From positions 1,312,001 to 1,376,000 of the forward strand of contig OY760686.1 in assembly GCA_963663865.1 (NCBI GenBank): 64,000 nucleotides of DNA, given 5' to 3'. Source of the stretch: Spirochaetota bacterium. Lineage in GTDB: Bacteria; Spirochaetota; UBA4802; UBA5550. The notes below the pieces were generated by a model. The model was not told the origin of the DNA. It searched no databases and saw nothing but the letters and a program-made list of their open reading frames with translations. How positions within the stretch are numbered: position 1 is the first letter of the stretch; each line of letters opens with the position of its first letter. The translations under genes were made by a program, and so were the position numbers. Shown here one piece after another: positions 17,259-27,246 of the stretch.

Positions 17259-18365
17259 ATGAGCAGAATCATGCTTGTTGATGATGAGCAGCCCGTAAGA
17301 AAGTACCTGTCGGTGGTGCTTGAGGCAAACGGGTACGACGTGTTTACGGCTACTGATGGCAATGACGCTCTTGCTCAGCTCGAAGAAACCCGCGTTGATC
17401 TGATTGTAGCCGACATGAACATGCCGGTTATGGACGGCCTGCAGTTTCTTGAGAAGCTTGCCTCCGAGCGGATATCAAGGGCGCCAGTTCTGATGATGTC
17501 GGGAAGCGCCGGCCTTCAGGAAAAGGTCAGATGCTATCAGCTGGGCGTTTACGATTTCATCGACAAGCCAGAAGAGAACGCGGTTTTCCTAAAGCGTATT
17601 GAGAACGGCCTGAAGATCGGCGAAATGATGAAGTTTAATGACAATATACGCGTTGAGCTTCAGATTTCACGGAAGCTTCAGAAATATCTTTTTCCTGAAC
17701 CGGTTATGTCTGACAAAGGGGTGGGGTTTTCCGTCTATTTCAGGCAGCTTTTTGATATCGGCGGCGATCTCTACGATTATATATACCTCAGAAACGGCAA
17801 GGTGATCTTCATTGTAGCTGATGTGTCAGGACACAGCATCTCGGCTGCGCTGTACACAGCCATTGTAAAAATGGTTTTCAGGAACGCGCTGCGCGATGAG
17901 GAAACGCCAGCCGGGATACTATCCATTATGAACCGGGAGCTGTCGGCCACGCTTCCGGTCGAGCTTTTCGTGACCATGTTCTGCGGAATAATTGATCCGG
18001 AGACAGGCATGCTCTCTTATTCCAACGCTGGTCACCCCAAGCCGTATCTGGCCTCGGCAGGCCGGGTGACAGAGATACCTGGCAATGACTCTTTCCTTGG
18101 TCCGATAAAAGGAGCAAGTTACAGAGACTTTTCAATCAGACTGAAGGCGGGCGATAGTCTAATGGTTTATACTGACGGACTTACCGATTCAATCAAAAAC
18201 TGCGGCGCCGATCTCAGTGTAGAAAAAATAGCCGGGGTTCTCAGGGATAATAGCGGGGCTGCAATACTTGATGGTGTCGGTAAATTGTTCTCTGATTATC
18301 AAATGGACTTCATGGATGACTGTACAATGATGTTTATCAGTTACTCAGGGCATCATTCGCTGTAA
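17259..18365 (+). CDS. response regulator fused to SpoIIE/PP2C phosphatase (RsbU/RssB-like)
   Basis: IMLVDDE, ADMNMPVMDG; IGGDLYD, ADVSGH, NAGHP, YTDGL, DDCT; start moved to 17259. Confidence 0.9.
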   Translation: MSRIMLVDDEQPVRKYLSVVLEANGYDVFTATDGNDALAQLEETRVDLIVADMNMPVMDGLQFLEKLASERISRAPVLMMSGSAGLQEKVRCYQLGVYDFIDKPEENAVFLKRIENGLKIGEMMKFNDNIRVELQISRKLQKYLFPEPVMSDKGVGFSVYFRQLFDIGGDLYDYIYLRNGKVIFIVADVSGHSISAALYTAIVKMVFRNALRDEETPAGILSIMNRELSATLPVELFVTMFCGIIDPETGMLSYSNAGHPKPYLASAGRVTEIPGNDSFLGPIKGASYRDFSIRLKAGDSLMVYTDGLTDSIKNCGADLSVEKIAGVLRDNSGAAILDGVGKLFSDYQMDFMDDCTMMFISYSGHHSL

Positions 18366-18976
18366 ATGATGATATCTCCGTTGCTGTCTACTTTTTGTTT
18401 AAGCTTTGTCTCTCGTTTCCCGGTGTTTTTGTCAGGTCCTCTTCCTGTGTACAGGGTCATCACTCTGTCTACATAGAGCTTAGTCGAGCGGATGTCCGGT
18501 ACCCTCATGTTTTTTCTTACAGCGCCAGCTCCCGCGTGGTAGGCGGCGAGCGCCAGCGGAACGCTGTTGTCGAATTGTGCCATCATGGCCTTAAAGTGTT
18601 TAACCCCTGCCCTGATGTTCTGTTCCGGCTCAAGTGGGTCGTCTACCCCGTAAATCTCCGCGGTTGCCTGCATCAGCTGCATTAGTCCCATCGCTCCGGC
18701 TTCTGATACGGCGTGAGGCACGAAATCCGATTCAGCCTTAATTATGCACTTTATCAGCTTGCTGTCGATGTTTTCTTCTTCTGCAATACGGTCTATCATT
18801 GTATCGAATCTGCTCTCGGGGAGTTTGGCGGGGGGATGGTGGCGTTTTGAAACAGTCCGGCTCGCCGTGTTTGTGAAGGTGATATTACCGAGGCTGTCCA
18901 CCATGGCCGTAACCCGTCCGTACAGCGCGGGGCTGATGAAAAGCGCGGCAAGAAGCAATGGCAGCCAGTATTTCAA
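18353..18976 (-). CDS. SLT-family lytic transglycosylase
   Basis: AESDF..AVS.AGAMGLMQLM, ALAAYHAG; signal peptide. Confidence 0.9.
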   Translation of the reverse strand: MKYWLPLLLAALFISPALYGRVTAMVDSLGNITFTNTASRTVSKRHHPPAKLPESRFDTMIDRIAEEENIDSKLIKCIIKAESDFVPHAVSEAGAMGLMQLMQATAEIYGVDDPLEPEQNIRAGVKHFKAMMAQFDNSVPLALAAYHAGAGAVRKNMRVPDIRSTKLYVDRVMTLYTGRGPDKNTGKRETKLKQKVDSNGDIIIYSE

Positions 18977-18993
18977 TGAGGGCCTCCGTAATC

Positions 18994-19470
18994 TTACTCG
19001 TAGACAACGCCCTTGAAGCTTCCAGCGATAGAGATGCCGGAACCGCAGACATCAGCATAGTTCAGAACAGCTTCAGCATAGCTGTCATCAGTGCCGGTTG
19101 CTGAAAGGGTGGGCGCTGATGAAAAGATTATCTCTTCGGCCACGTCAGAACACCCATAGACAGCCGAACCGTCTTTCAGAAAAACCCTGTAGTTCTCTTG
19201 TCCTTCAGGCTTGAATACTTTGAGAATGACGCTGCCGTCGCTGCTCCTGACTGCAATGGCTCCATTGTAGTAGACAGCCACGCAGCTTTCTCCGGAGCAA
19301 TCCGGAAGAGAACCAACGGCCGGATGTGTTTTGGTATCTGACCATGAAAAACCTGAGGTGAAATCAATCTCAGTGAAGCTGTCCTCGCTGTCAGAGCTGG
19401 TCTGGCTTCCGCAGGCAGTAATGGAAGCTGCTGCCACTACTAAGAGTATTCGGTAGATATAATTTAACAT
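18994..19470 (-). CDS. hypothetical lipoprotein
   Basis: lipobox ITAC followed by Ser-rich linker; four further Cys. Confidence 0.65.
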   Translation of the reverse strand: MLNYIYRILLVVAAASITACGSQTSSDSEDSFTEIDFTSGFSWSDTKTHPAVGSLPDCSGESCVAVYYNGAIAVRSSDGSVILKVFKPEGQENYRVFLKDGSAVYGCSDVAEEIIFSSAPTLSATGTDDSYAEAVLNYADVCGSGISIAGSFKGVVYE

Positions 19471-19901
19471 GTCGGCTATTCCTGTTTAATTTTTATAGTT
19501 TTAAGCAGTATCTATGGGGCCTTCTATTTATGGCACGCCATTCAGATTTAAAGCATGTCATGAAGTTACAATACAGTAAAAATTTGTCAACAGTCTTGAG
19601 GTTTTTACTTTAAATGATGGTTTTTTTTGCGGTAGAGGAGATAGAGGAGATAGAAGAGGAATAATTTGTAGTTCCCGTATATTTTATAATAGCATGTCGG
19701 TTTTGTTAATGACGTATAGATACCGTTCCGGGGATTATTGCACCGTTGATTTTTTGAATAATTAGGTCTGAGGCAGACAGATTTGATTGACGATCGGCCC
19801 ATTATGTGAATAATTATTAATCTGTCAGCTCTGTTATTCAACCTGAGGGAAAGAGCTTTTTCACTCAGGTAATGAGAGGATTTTCTTTTTTTCGGAGTTT
19901 T

Positions 19902-21353
19902 ATGGCATATTCACAGAGACTTGATCTTAAACAGTCGCAAAAGCTGGTGTTGACTCAGACTATGCGTCAGGGGCTTGAGATGCTTCAGATGTCTTCCCTT
20001 GAATTATCGGACCTGATTGCCGTTCAGCTTCTTGAGAATCCGGCGCTCGAGGAGGATATGAGAGCGGAAGATGAATCTTCCGGACCCGTGGAATCCCAGA
20101 TAGCGGAAAATCTGAGCGGAACCTCCGACACAATGAGCCGCGAGGAGATTAACGGAGCTTACGATGACGGGACTGATTCCGGCTACAGCTATACCTACCA
20201 GCACGATGAATCAAAACAGAATTACATTGAAAATGCCGTTTCTCATCATGAGACATTGAAGGATCACCTGATATGGCAGGCACGAATGACGGCAGAGAGC
20301 GATTCAGAATATGAGCTCTATTTAAGAGTCATAACCTCGCTTGACGATCATGGATTTATTACCCAGCCTTTAACCGATTTAGCCGAAAGCGCCGGATGCA
20401 GCGGGAAAATATTTCAGGAAGCGGTCGACAAGGTGAGACTGTTCGATCCTGTGGGATGCGCTGTCCCGGGCATCAGAGAGAGCCTTCTTGTGCAGGCCCG
20501 GCACTATTTCCCGGATGAGCCCGACGCGGCGTTGATACTTGAGAAGTGTTTCCCCGAGCTTGAGAGCCTGAATTACGAGAAGATATCGGCCGTCACTGGT
20601 TTAGAGGTGAGCCGGATTATTGAGATGAGCAGAATAATTCAGAAGCTTGACCCTTTTCCCGCGAGAAACTTTTCTTCCCGGAGCGAATCATATATAGTAC
20701 CCGATGCGGAGGTTCTTCTTGTTGAGGGAGAACCCATGGTCTTTTTAAACGACGGCTGGATTCCAGGGATCAGGCTGAATTCCTATTGTCTTGATTTGCT
20801 GAAGAACAGGAAAACTGAGGGAGAAACCCTGCTGTATCTCCAGGAAAAGGTACAGGAGGCAAGGTCGCTGCTGAGAAATATTACCGGCAGAAGGGAGACT
20901 CTTCTTAAGGTTGTCAGGGCGATTGTTGGACGTCAGACTGAATTCTTCAGATCCGGACCTGGCAATCTGAGGCCTCTGACGCACTTTGAAATAGCGGAGA
21001 TTACCGGCTTTCACGAGTCCACCGTTTCAAGGGCTGTAGCCGGGAAGTACCTGCAGTCTCACTGGGGAACCTTTGAGCTGAAGTATTTCTTCGTTTCCAG
21101 AATCAGGGCTGTCGATGATGAGCCGGGTGAGGAAGCTTCGTCAGACAGGGTTAAGTATATGATAGAAGAGCTTGTTAAAGGAGAGAGCAGATCTAAACCA
21201 TTAAGCGATGAGGATATACGAATTAAATTGGAGGAAGGAGGTGTTAATGTTGCGAGACGTACCGTGGCAAAGTATAGAGGAATTATGAATATTCCTTCTG
21301 CTGCCATGCGTAAAAAAATCTACATGATAAAATCAGAGGAGAGTGGCTTATGA
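19902..21353 (+). CDS. rpoN: RNA polymerase sigma-54 factor
   Basis: Q/L-rich region I, ENPALE, HESTVSRA, RpoN box ARRTVAKYR; start moved to 19902 with SD GGAG. Confidence 0.97.
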   Translation: MAYSQRLDLKQSQKLVLTQTMRQGLEMLQMSSLELSDLIAVQLLENPALEEDMRAEDESSGPVESQIAENLSGTSDTMSREEINGAYDDGTDSGYSYTYQHDESKQNYIENAVSHHETLKDHLIWQARMTAESDSEYELYLRVITSLDDHGFITQPLTDLAESAGCSGKIFQEAVDKVRLFDPVGCAVPGIRESLLVQARHYFPDEPDAALILEKCFPELESLNYEKISAVTGLEVSRIIEMSRIIQKLDPFPARNFSSRSESYIVPDAEVLLVEGEPMVFLNDGWIPGIRLNSYCLDLLKNRKTEGETLLYLQEKVQEARSLLRNITGRRETLLKVVRAIVGRQTEFFRSGPGNLRPLTHFEIAEITGFHESTVSRAVAGKYLQSHWGTFELKYFFVSRIRAVDDEPGEEASSDRVKYMIEELVKGESRSKPLSDEDIRIKLEEGGVNVARRTVAKYRGIMNIPSAAMRKKIYMIKSEESGL

Positions 21354-22147
21354 ACATCAAAATTACCGGAAGACATATTACAGTTACTCCTGCCCTGCAG
21401 GACTATGCCACCAGAAAAATTGAAAAACTTCAGAGATATTTTCAGCAGCTGTTCGATGTCCATGTCGTCATGTATCTCGAAAAGCTTGACCGCGGAGTCG
21501 AAGTCCTCATAAACGGAGATGGGGTCCAGTTTCACGGACGCGAGAACAGCGAGACTTTTTTTGCTTCAATAGATCTTCTGATTGATAAGCTTGAAAAACA
21601 GATAGTTAAATACAAGGGAAAGATGACTGCTCATAAGGGAATGCGCAATGAGATTCCGGATGAACTGTTAAGAATAGAACGTGAGGGAGAGCCTGGTGTG
21701 ACAATGAATCAGGTCAGCCCTAAACCTGTTGATAAAATTGAGGCTTTCCTGCAGATGAAAAACGGCAGGAACGATTTTATTCTTTTTAAAATGGGGGTTG
21801 ACATACACGGAGCCGAGGCTGAATGTTTTAATAAGTGTTACGCGCTGATTTTCAGAGATGGCGATGATTACAGGATGGCCGAGGTTCCTTATGAAGATGG
21901 TTCTCACGAGGAAAGCCGCATTGTTGAGTATAATATCAACGTTATAGACGAAACGCCGGCCAACCCCAATATCAGATTTAAAAAGGCCGCTTCATCTACT
22001 GTTAAATCCATGAGTCTTGACGAGGCGATTGATTCTCTTCAGGGTGACGGCTTAAAGTTTGTGCCTTTTTATAACAGGGATTCAAGGTATTTCAATGTTG
22101 TGTATAAATCCGGCGGGAAATGCGAGGTGATGGTGCCGGCTTTTTAG
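21350..22147 (+). CDS. hpf: ribosome hibernation promoting factor with extended (duplicated) C-terminal domain
   Basis: MNIKITGRHITVTPALQDYA.KIEKL, ASIDLLIDKLEKQI.KYK; directly after rpoN. Confidence 0.88.
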   Translation: MNIKITGRHITVTPALQDYATRKIEKLQRYFQQLFDVHVVMYLEKLDRGVEVLINGDGVQFHGRENSETFFASIDLLIDKLEKQIVKYKGKMTAHKGMRNEIPDELLRIEREGEPGVTMNQVSPKPVDKIEAFLQMKNGRNDFILFKMGVDIHGAEAECFNKCYALIFRDGDDYRMAEVPYEDGSHEESRIVEYNINVIDETPANPNIRFKKAASSTVKSMSLDEAIDSLQGDGLKFVPFYNRDSRYFNVVYKSGGKCEVMVPAF

Positions 22148-22169
22148 CCGGCATTTTTCAGGTAGTTGA

Positions 22170-23114
22170 ATGGACAAAAAACTGATAATTGCAAACTTTC
22201 TTGACGATACTCCCAGGGTCGATCTGCAGCTCTCCCTTCTTGCGGGCAAAAGCGGACTGAAAAAAACGGTTACCCTGAGCGACATCAACAGGCCAGGTCT
22301 TACCCTTGCAGGATTCTTCGATTTTTTCGCTCATGACCGGATTCAGATTTTCGGACTCGGAGAAACAGCATACATGAGGCAGCTTCTTCCTGAAAACAGG
22401 AGCTCTGTTTACTCCAAATTCTTTTCATACGAGGTTCTCTGCTGCATTTTTACGCATAATGAAAAACCTGATGATCTGTTTCTGAGGTTTGCTGATGAAG
22501 CAGGGGTTCCTGTCATGGTGACACGGCGTGACACAACCCGCTTTACCAGCATACTGATACATTTTCTTGACAGTATTTTTGCGCCCAAAGTCACCCTGCA
22601 CGCAACGCTGGTTGATGTGTTTGGAATAGGAATTCTTCTCATGGGCAAGAGCGGTGTTGGGAAGAGCGAATGCGCGCTTGAGCTTGTGGAAAGGGGACAC
22701 AGGCTTGTCGCCGACGATATGGTAACTGTAAAAAAAGCCGACGAGACAATGCTTATGGGAAGCGGTTCTCCGCTGCTGAAGCATCACATGGAAATAAGGG
22801 GGCTGGGCATTATCAATGTTCAGGATATATTCGGCATCCGTTCCGTGAGAAACAGAAAGAGGATTGAACTGGTCGCTCTACTTGAGGAATGGGACGCCAA
22901 TACAGAATATGACCGTCTCGGGCTTGAAGAAAAAAAATATACAATTCTTGACATAGATGTTCCCTTCATTACAGTACCTGTCAGGCCGGGTAGAAATATT
23001 CCAATCATAATTGAAGCGGCTGCCCTTGACCAGAGGCTTAAAAAAAGCGGCACACATTCGGCCAGGGACCTGGACAAAAGGATTCAGGACTGGATCAGCA
23101 CGGAGAAGAAATAA
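22170..23114 (+). CDS. hprK: HPr kinase/phosphorylase
   Basis: INRPGL, GKSGVGKSE, RGHRLVADD, EIRGLGII, PVRPGRN. Confidence 0.97.
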   Translation: MDKKLIIANFLDDTPRVDLQLSLLAGKSGLKKTVTLSDINRPGLTLAGFFDFFAHDRIQIFGLGETAYMRQLLPENRSSVYSKFFSYEVLCCIFTHNEKPDDLFLRFADEAGVPVMVTRRDTTRFTSILIHFLDSIFAPKVTLHATLVDVFGIGILLMGKSGVGKSECALELVERGHRLVADDMVTVKKADETMLMGSGSPLLKHHMEIRGLGIINVQDIFGIRSVRNRKRIELVALLEEWDANTEYDRLGLEEKKYTILDIDVPFITVPVRPGRNIPIIIEAAALDQRLKKSGTHSARDLDKRIQDWISTEKK

Positions 23115-23117
23115 TAG

Positions 23118-23384
23118 ATGAAACAAAAAGAGGTTGTTGTTACCAGCGATGCAGGGGTGCACGCGAGACCGGCTATGATGCTGGTGAGGGAGGCGATGAA
23201 GTATCCCTGTTCTGTCACACTGGTAAAAGACGATATAGAAGCAGACTGCAAGTCAATAATGTCCGTTCTGGGGCTTGCGATTATCTCTGGTTCAAGACTT
23301 GTTGTTAAGGCAGAGGGAGATCGGGAGGGCGAGGTCGTTGACAGGCTCGTTCAGATGATTGAAACTGACTTTAACGCGGTTTGA
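23118..23384 (+). CDS. ptsH: phosphocarrier protein HPr
   Basis: GVHARPA (His15), DCKSIM (Ser46). Confidence 0.95.
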   Translation: MKQKEVVVTSDAGVHARPAMMLVREAMKYPCSVTLVKDDIEADCKSIMSVLGLAIISGSRLVVKAEGDREGEVVDRLVQMIETDFNAV

Positions 23385-23420
23385 CGGCAGTCCCGCTTTT
23401 CGAGCGGGGTTAAATATCCA

Positions 23421-25202
23421 ATGAAAAAAAGAGTACATGGAAGGTTTTTCCGCATTGAGGAAAGCTCGTTTGAAGATGTAGTCTTCCTTATAGGCGTCTT
23501 CATATTCTTTGCTGTTCTTGTTCTGGGCCTTTTTCCCGGTAAGGACGGCGAGCTCTTTATGGGCAAGGATTTCTTCGTTTACGCGATAATGCTTGTCCCC
23601 ACTATCGCCGCTATATATTTCATAATAATATCGTTTCGGAGAAATCTTTACCTTGATTCCTTCAGGATAGGGTCCAGCTTCAAAAACAAGATGGTTCTTG
23701 CCTTCGTATTCGTAGCTATTCTCTCATCGCTTCCCATAATATTTGCCGCAAACAGCTTTTTTCATAAAATAATAATCAGCCTGACAACAGACCGGACGTC
23801 GGCGGCCATGGCCGAGGCGGTCAACATGTCAGAAGAAAGAAAGGTTCAAATCGCAGATGATATTTCGGCCGAGTTGAAGTCTGCTGATTATATAATATCC
23901 TCTATACCCGCCGCAGCGGGGAATGTTTTTCAGAAGATCATTGCCGGTTTAAATGCCAAGGGATACAGATCGGTTGTTTTTGATTCCTTGCTGAAAACTG
24001 CGGCCTTTGACCCGGATTCGGAGGAGTTCCTGATAGCGGAGTTTTATAGAAACCGACTGAAAAAAACGGATTTCAGCCGTGACAGGATTCATCTTAACGG
24101 AAAGGAATACATTGCCGGATTTATGAAGAAAGAGCGTTATGCACTTGCGCTATTTCGTCCCGTTCCGGATATTCTTCATCAGCGTGCCACGCTCTTTAAT
24201 AACTCCATGGAGGATTTTGTAAGGCACTCTTATTTGCAGAATTACTTCATGAATAGAGGGGGCGCCTTCTTTATCTCCATATCGCTTGTAGTGATTTTTA
24301 TTGCTGTTGTCATCAGCCTGTATCTTTCAAGAAACATCACCAAGCCTGTCCTGGAACTCGCTGAGGCGTCCAGAAACCTCGCTTATGGGGACTTCAATGT
24401 GCGCTTAAACAAAAAGACCGATGATGAGATAGGTCAGCTTATTACCTCCTTCAACAGAATGGTCGAAGAGCTTGACAATAACCGGAAACTGATGTACCAG
24501 AAGCAGGTCCTTGAAAGCTGGAGGGACATTGCCCGGAGGGTCGTCCATGAGATCAAGAACCCGCTGACTCCGATTGTTCTTTCAGCGGAAAGAATGCGCA
24601 AAAGATACGTTGAGAAAAGCCCGGATTTCGGCTCAATCCTTATATCTGGTACGGATACCATTATCGAAGAAGTCAACACTTTGAAGAAGATACTCAGCGA
24701 GTTCACAAAATTTGCCAGGCTTCCGCAGATGAACCCTGAGTGGAATACCCTGAAAGATATTCTTTCAGGCTGTGTTGTCTTTTTCTCAGGGCATGAAGAT
24801 GTAAAATTTCATCTGAGTGTTTCGGATGACAGGCTGTCTGTTTACGCTGATAAGCTTCTTGTAAAGCAGGCCATTAACAATATTATTCAGAACGCAGTTG
24901 ACGCTGTGGGCGCAAAAGGGAATATTGGAATTAGCGCTTTCTATCAAAAAACAGCCGGAAAGGACCTTGTGAAAATTGTTGTTTCAGATGACGGCATAGG
25001 CATTCTGGAAGAGGATTTGCCGAATGTTTTCAAGCCTGGATTTACGAAAAAAAAGACTGGGACCGGCCTCGGGCTCTCAATAGTCGAAAAGATAATCATC
25101 GAACACGGCGGAAGGGTATACTGTAAAAGGCGGGATGAAAGGGGAATGGAGTTCATAATTGAACTTCCCGGCCGTCCCGATCCGGAGGAGATTCATGGCT
25201 AA
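23421..25202 (+). CDS. NtrY-like membrane sensor histidine kinase (HAMP)
   Basis: WRDIARRVVHEIKNPLTPI, N box, DDGIG, GTGLGL. Confidence 0.92.
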   Translation: MKKRVHGRFFRIEESSFEDVVFLIGVFIFFAVLVLGLFPGKDGELFMGKDFFVYAIMLVPTIAAIYFIIISFRRNLYLDSFRIGSSFKNKMVLAFVFVAILSSLPIIFAANSFFHKIIISLTTDRTSAAMAEAVNMSEERKVQIADDISAELKSADYIISSIPAAAGNVFQKIIAGLNAKGYRSVVFDSLLKTAAFDPDSEEFLIAEFYRNRLKKTDFSRDRIHLNGKEYIAGFMKKERYALALFRPVPDILHQRATLFNNSMEDFVRHSYLQNYFMNRGGAFFISISLVVIFIAVVISLYLSRNITKPVLELAEASRNLAYGDFNVRLNKKTDDEIGQLITSFNRMVEELDNNRKLMYQKQVLESWRDIARRVVHEIKNPLTPIVLSAERMRKRYVEKSPDFGSILISGTDTIIEEVNTLKKILSEFTKFARLPQMNPEWNTLKDILSGCVVFFSGHEDVKFHLSVSDDRLSVYADKLLVKQAINNIIQNAVDAVGAKGNIGISAFYQKTAGKDLVKIVVSDDGIGILEEDLPNVFKPGFTKKKTGTGLGLSIVEKIIIEHGGRVYCKRRDERGMEFIIELPGRPDPEEIHG

Positions 25203-26550
25203 AATTCTTATTGTGGATGATGAACCAAATATAATAAAGACTCTCAGCTCAATTTTAGAGGACGAAAACCACAGGGTTTTTTCAGCTTTGAACGGAGAAG
25301 AGGCGCTTCAGATTTTCAGGGGGAAAGAGGTCGATCTCGTTATTCTTGATGTGTGGCTTCCTGATGCGGACGGAAATGATCTTTTGGAAAAAATCAAGAA
25401 ACTACGTCCGGAAACGGCGGTAATAATGATTTCCGGGCACGGATCAATAGATATTGCTGTAAAGTCCACCAGAATGGGGGCTTTTGATTTTCTTGAAAAG
25501 CCGCCATCCCTTGAGCGGGTCATAACGGCTGTAAACAACGCGCTTGAACAGGTTCGTCTCAGGCGTGAAAATCTTGAGCTCAGGAAAGAGTATAAGTCTG
25601 GTGATGAGATGGTGGGATCGAGTGCCCAGATTTTGGAGATTAAGAGCATTATTGAAACCGCGGCAAAAACAAGCGCGCGGGTTCTTATCACAGGAGAGAG
25701 CGGAACCGGCAAGGAGCTGATTGCGAAGGCCATCTATCAGCGCTCAAGGCGCTGCGGCAGGCCCTTTATCAAGGTAAACTGCGCAGCTATCCCAGATGAT
25801 CTTATTGAAAGCGAGCTGTTCGGCCACGAAAAGGGCTCATTTACCGGTGCGGTTTCAAGGCGCATCGGGAAGTTTGAGGCCGCTGACAGCGGAACTATCT
25901 TTCTTGATGAGATTTGCGATATGAGCCTCTCCGCCCAGGCCAAGGTGCTCAGGGTTCTTCAGGAACAGCAGTTCGAAAGGGTGGGCGGAAACGAAACGAT
26001 TACTGTTGATGTCAGGGTAATCGCCGCGACAAATATTGACATTAAGGCAGCTGTTGATGAGGGAAAGTTCAGAGAAGACCTGTATTACAGGCTCAATGTA
26101 ATTCCGATAACAGCGCCATCTCTTACTGACAGGGCAGAGGATATTCCTCTTCTGGTGAATTTCTTCCTCGAAATGTTCAGCAACGAGCATGGAATAGGCA
26201 GAAAGGAGGTTACTGCGGCCGGAATGGAATTGATGAAGTTGCATAACTGGCCGGGCAATGTGAGGGAGCTTAAGAATGTTGTTGAAAGGCTTGTCGTTAT
26301 GGTCCCTTCTGAGTTGATTGATGAAAACGAGATCAAAAAAAACCTGGAGTCGTACGACTATGACGACCTCATATCCGGTAGGACGTCTCCGCTTAAGCAG
26401 GCAAGAGAAATGTTCGAAAGGGACTATATAATTGAGGCACTTAAAAAAAATGGGAAAAATATCACCAGCACGGCAAAGCAGCTTGGTATAGAGCGGACAA
26501 ATCTCCACAGAAAAATAAACAACTATCATATTGACGTGGATAAGATATGA
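25195..26550 (+). CDS. NtrX/NtrC-family sigma54 response regulator
   Basis: REC (LDVWLPD, ISGHG), GESGTGKE, GSFTGA, WPGNVRELKN, HTH; start moved to 25195 with SD GGAGG. Confidence 0.93.
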   Translation: MAKILIVDDEPNIIKTLSSILEDENHRVFSALNGEEALQIFRGKEVDLVILDVWLPDADGNDLLEKIKKLRPETAVIMISGHGSIDIAVKSTRMGAFDFLEKPPSLERVITAVNNALEQVRLRRENLELRKEYKSGDEMVGSSAQILEIKSIIETAAKTSARVLITGESGTGKELIAKAIYQRSRRCGRPFIKVNCAAIPDDLIESELFGHEKGSFTGAVSRRIGKFEAADSGTIFLDEICDMSLSAQAKVLRVLQEQQFERVGGNETITVDVRVIAATNIDIKAAVDEGKFREDLYYRLNVIPITAPSLTDRAEDIPLLVNFFLEMFSNEHGIGRKEVTAAGMELMKLHNWPGNVRELKNVVERLVVMVPSELIDENEIKKNLESYDYDDLISGRTSPLKQAREMFERDYIIEALKKNGKNITSTAKQLGIERTNLHRKINNYHIDVDKI

Positions 26551-27245
26551 CTGAATCTCATACCAAATCCGACATAGAAGCACTATTGAAAAATTCTTTG
26601 CCGTTTGATGACTTCATTCTTTTCAGAGACTCTGAAGAAGCAGATTTTCTCAGGGAATTTACATGCGCCAGGAACCCTCACGGCCCCGGAGAGAAGGCAT
26701 CAGCTGCCTGTGTCGAGCCGGAGGCTTCTTTGAACAGCCTTGAGAAAATCAGGGAAGCCATAGAAAGCTGCTGTGTTTGCGGCGACAATACAGAAAAGAA
26801 ATTCGGAGTGGGAGACGGCAGCTCCGGCATCATGGTAATACTAAACGCGCCTCTTCTGATGTCTGATGCGGAAAGAAACCTCTACAGAGATGACTCTATC
26901 CGCCTTATGAAAAAGATGGTGGAATCAATTCAGGTTCCGTTCGCCCGCTGCTATACGACCAACCTGGTCAAATGCCGTCCGCTCAGTCCGGTAATTAAGC
27001 CGAGTGAGAAGGTTCACAACTGTCTTCCGATGATTGGAAAAGAAATAGGCATAGTAAAACCTTCAATAATCATCGTGATGGGAGACATCCTGCCGCTTCA
27101 GAGCCTGGTGCATGACAGCCGCGGTATCTTCTGGTACAGTGTTGAGCATCCGGTCACCATACTCAAGAATCCCGAAATGAAGCGAAAAGCCTGGAACACG
27201 CTGCAGGCGGTCATATTGAAAAAGCAGGAGCTTGGTCTCAAGTAA
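26547..27245 (+). CDS. uracil-DNA glycosylase family 4-like protein with degenerate catalytic motifs
   Basis: CCVC, Y.TNLVKCRP, KP.II.MG, HP; but GEAPG is replaced by LNAPL. Confidence 0.7.
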   Translation: MTESHTKSDIEALLKNSLPFDDFILFRDSEEADFLREFTCARNPHGPGEKASAACVEPEASLNSLEKIREAIESCCVCGDNTEKKFGVGDGSSGIMVILNAPLLMSDAERNLYRDDSIRLMKKMVESIQVPFARCYTTNLVKCRPLSPVIKPSEKVHNCLPMIGKEIGIVKPSIIIVMGDILPLQSLVHDSRGIFWYSVEHPVTILKNPEMKRKAWNTLQAVILKKQELGLK

Positions 27246-27246
27246 G

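Noticed and set aside
19531-19546. sigma54 promoter TGGCACG upstream of rpoN
   Set aside because: The -12 element reads TCAG rather than TTGC.
25855-26583. 242-aa antisense ORF and the many other short overlapping ORFs in the track
   Set aside because: They are shadows of well-supported genes on the opposite strand or frame, with no motifs or ribosome-binding sites.
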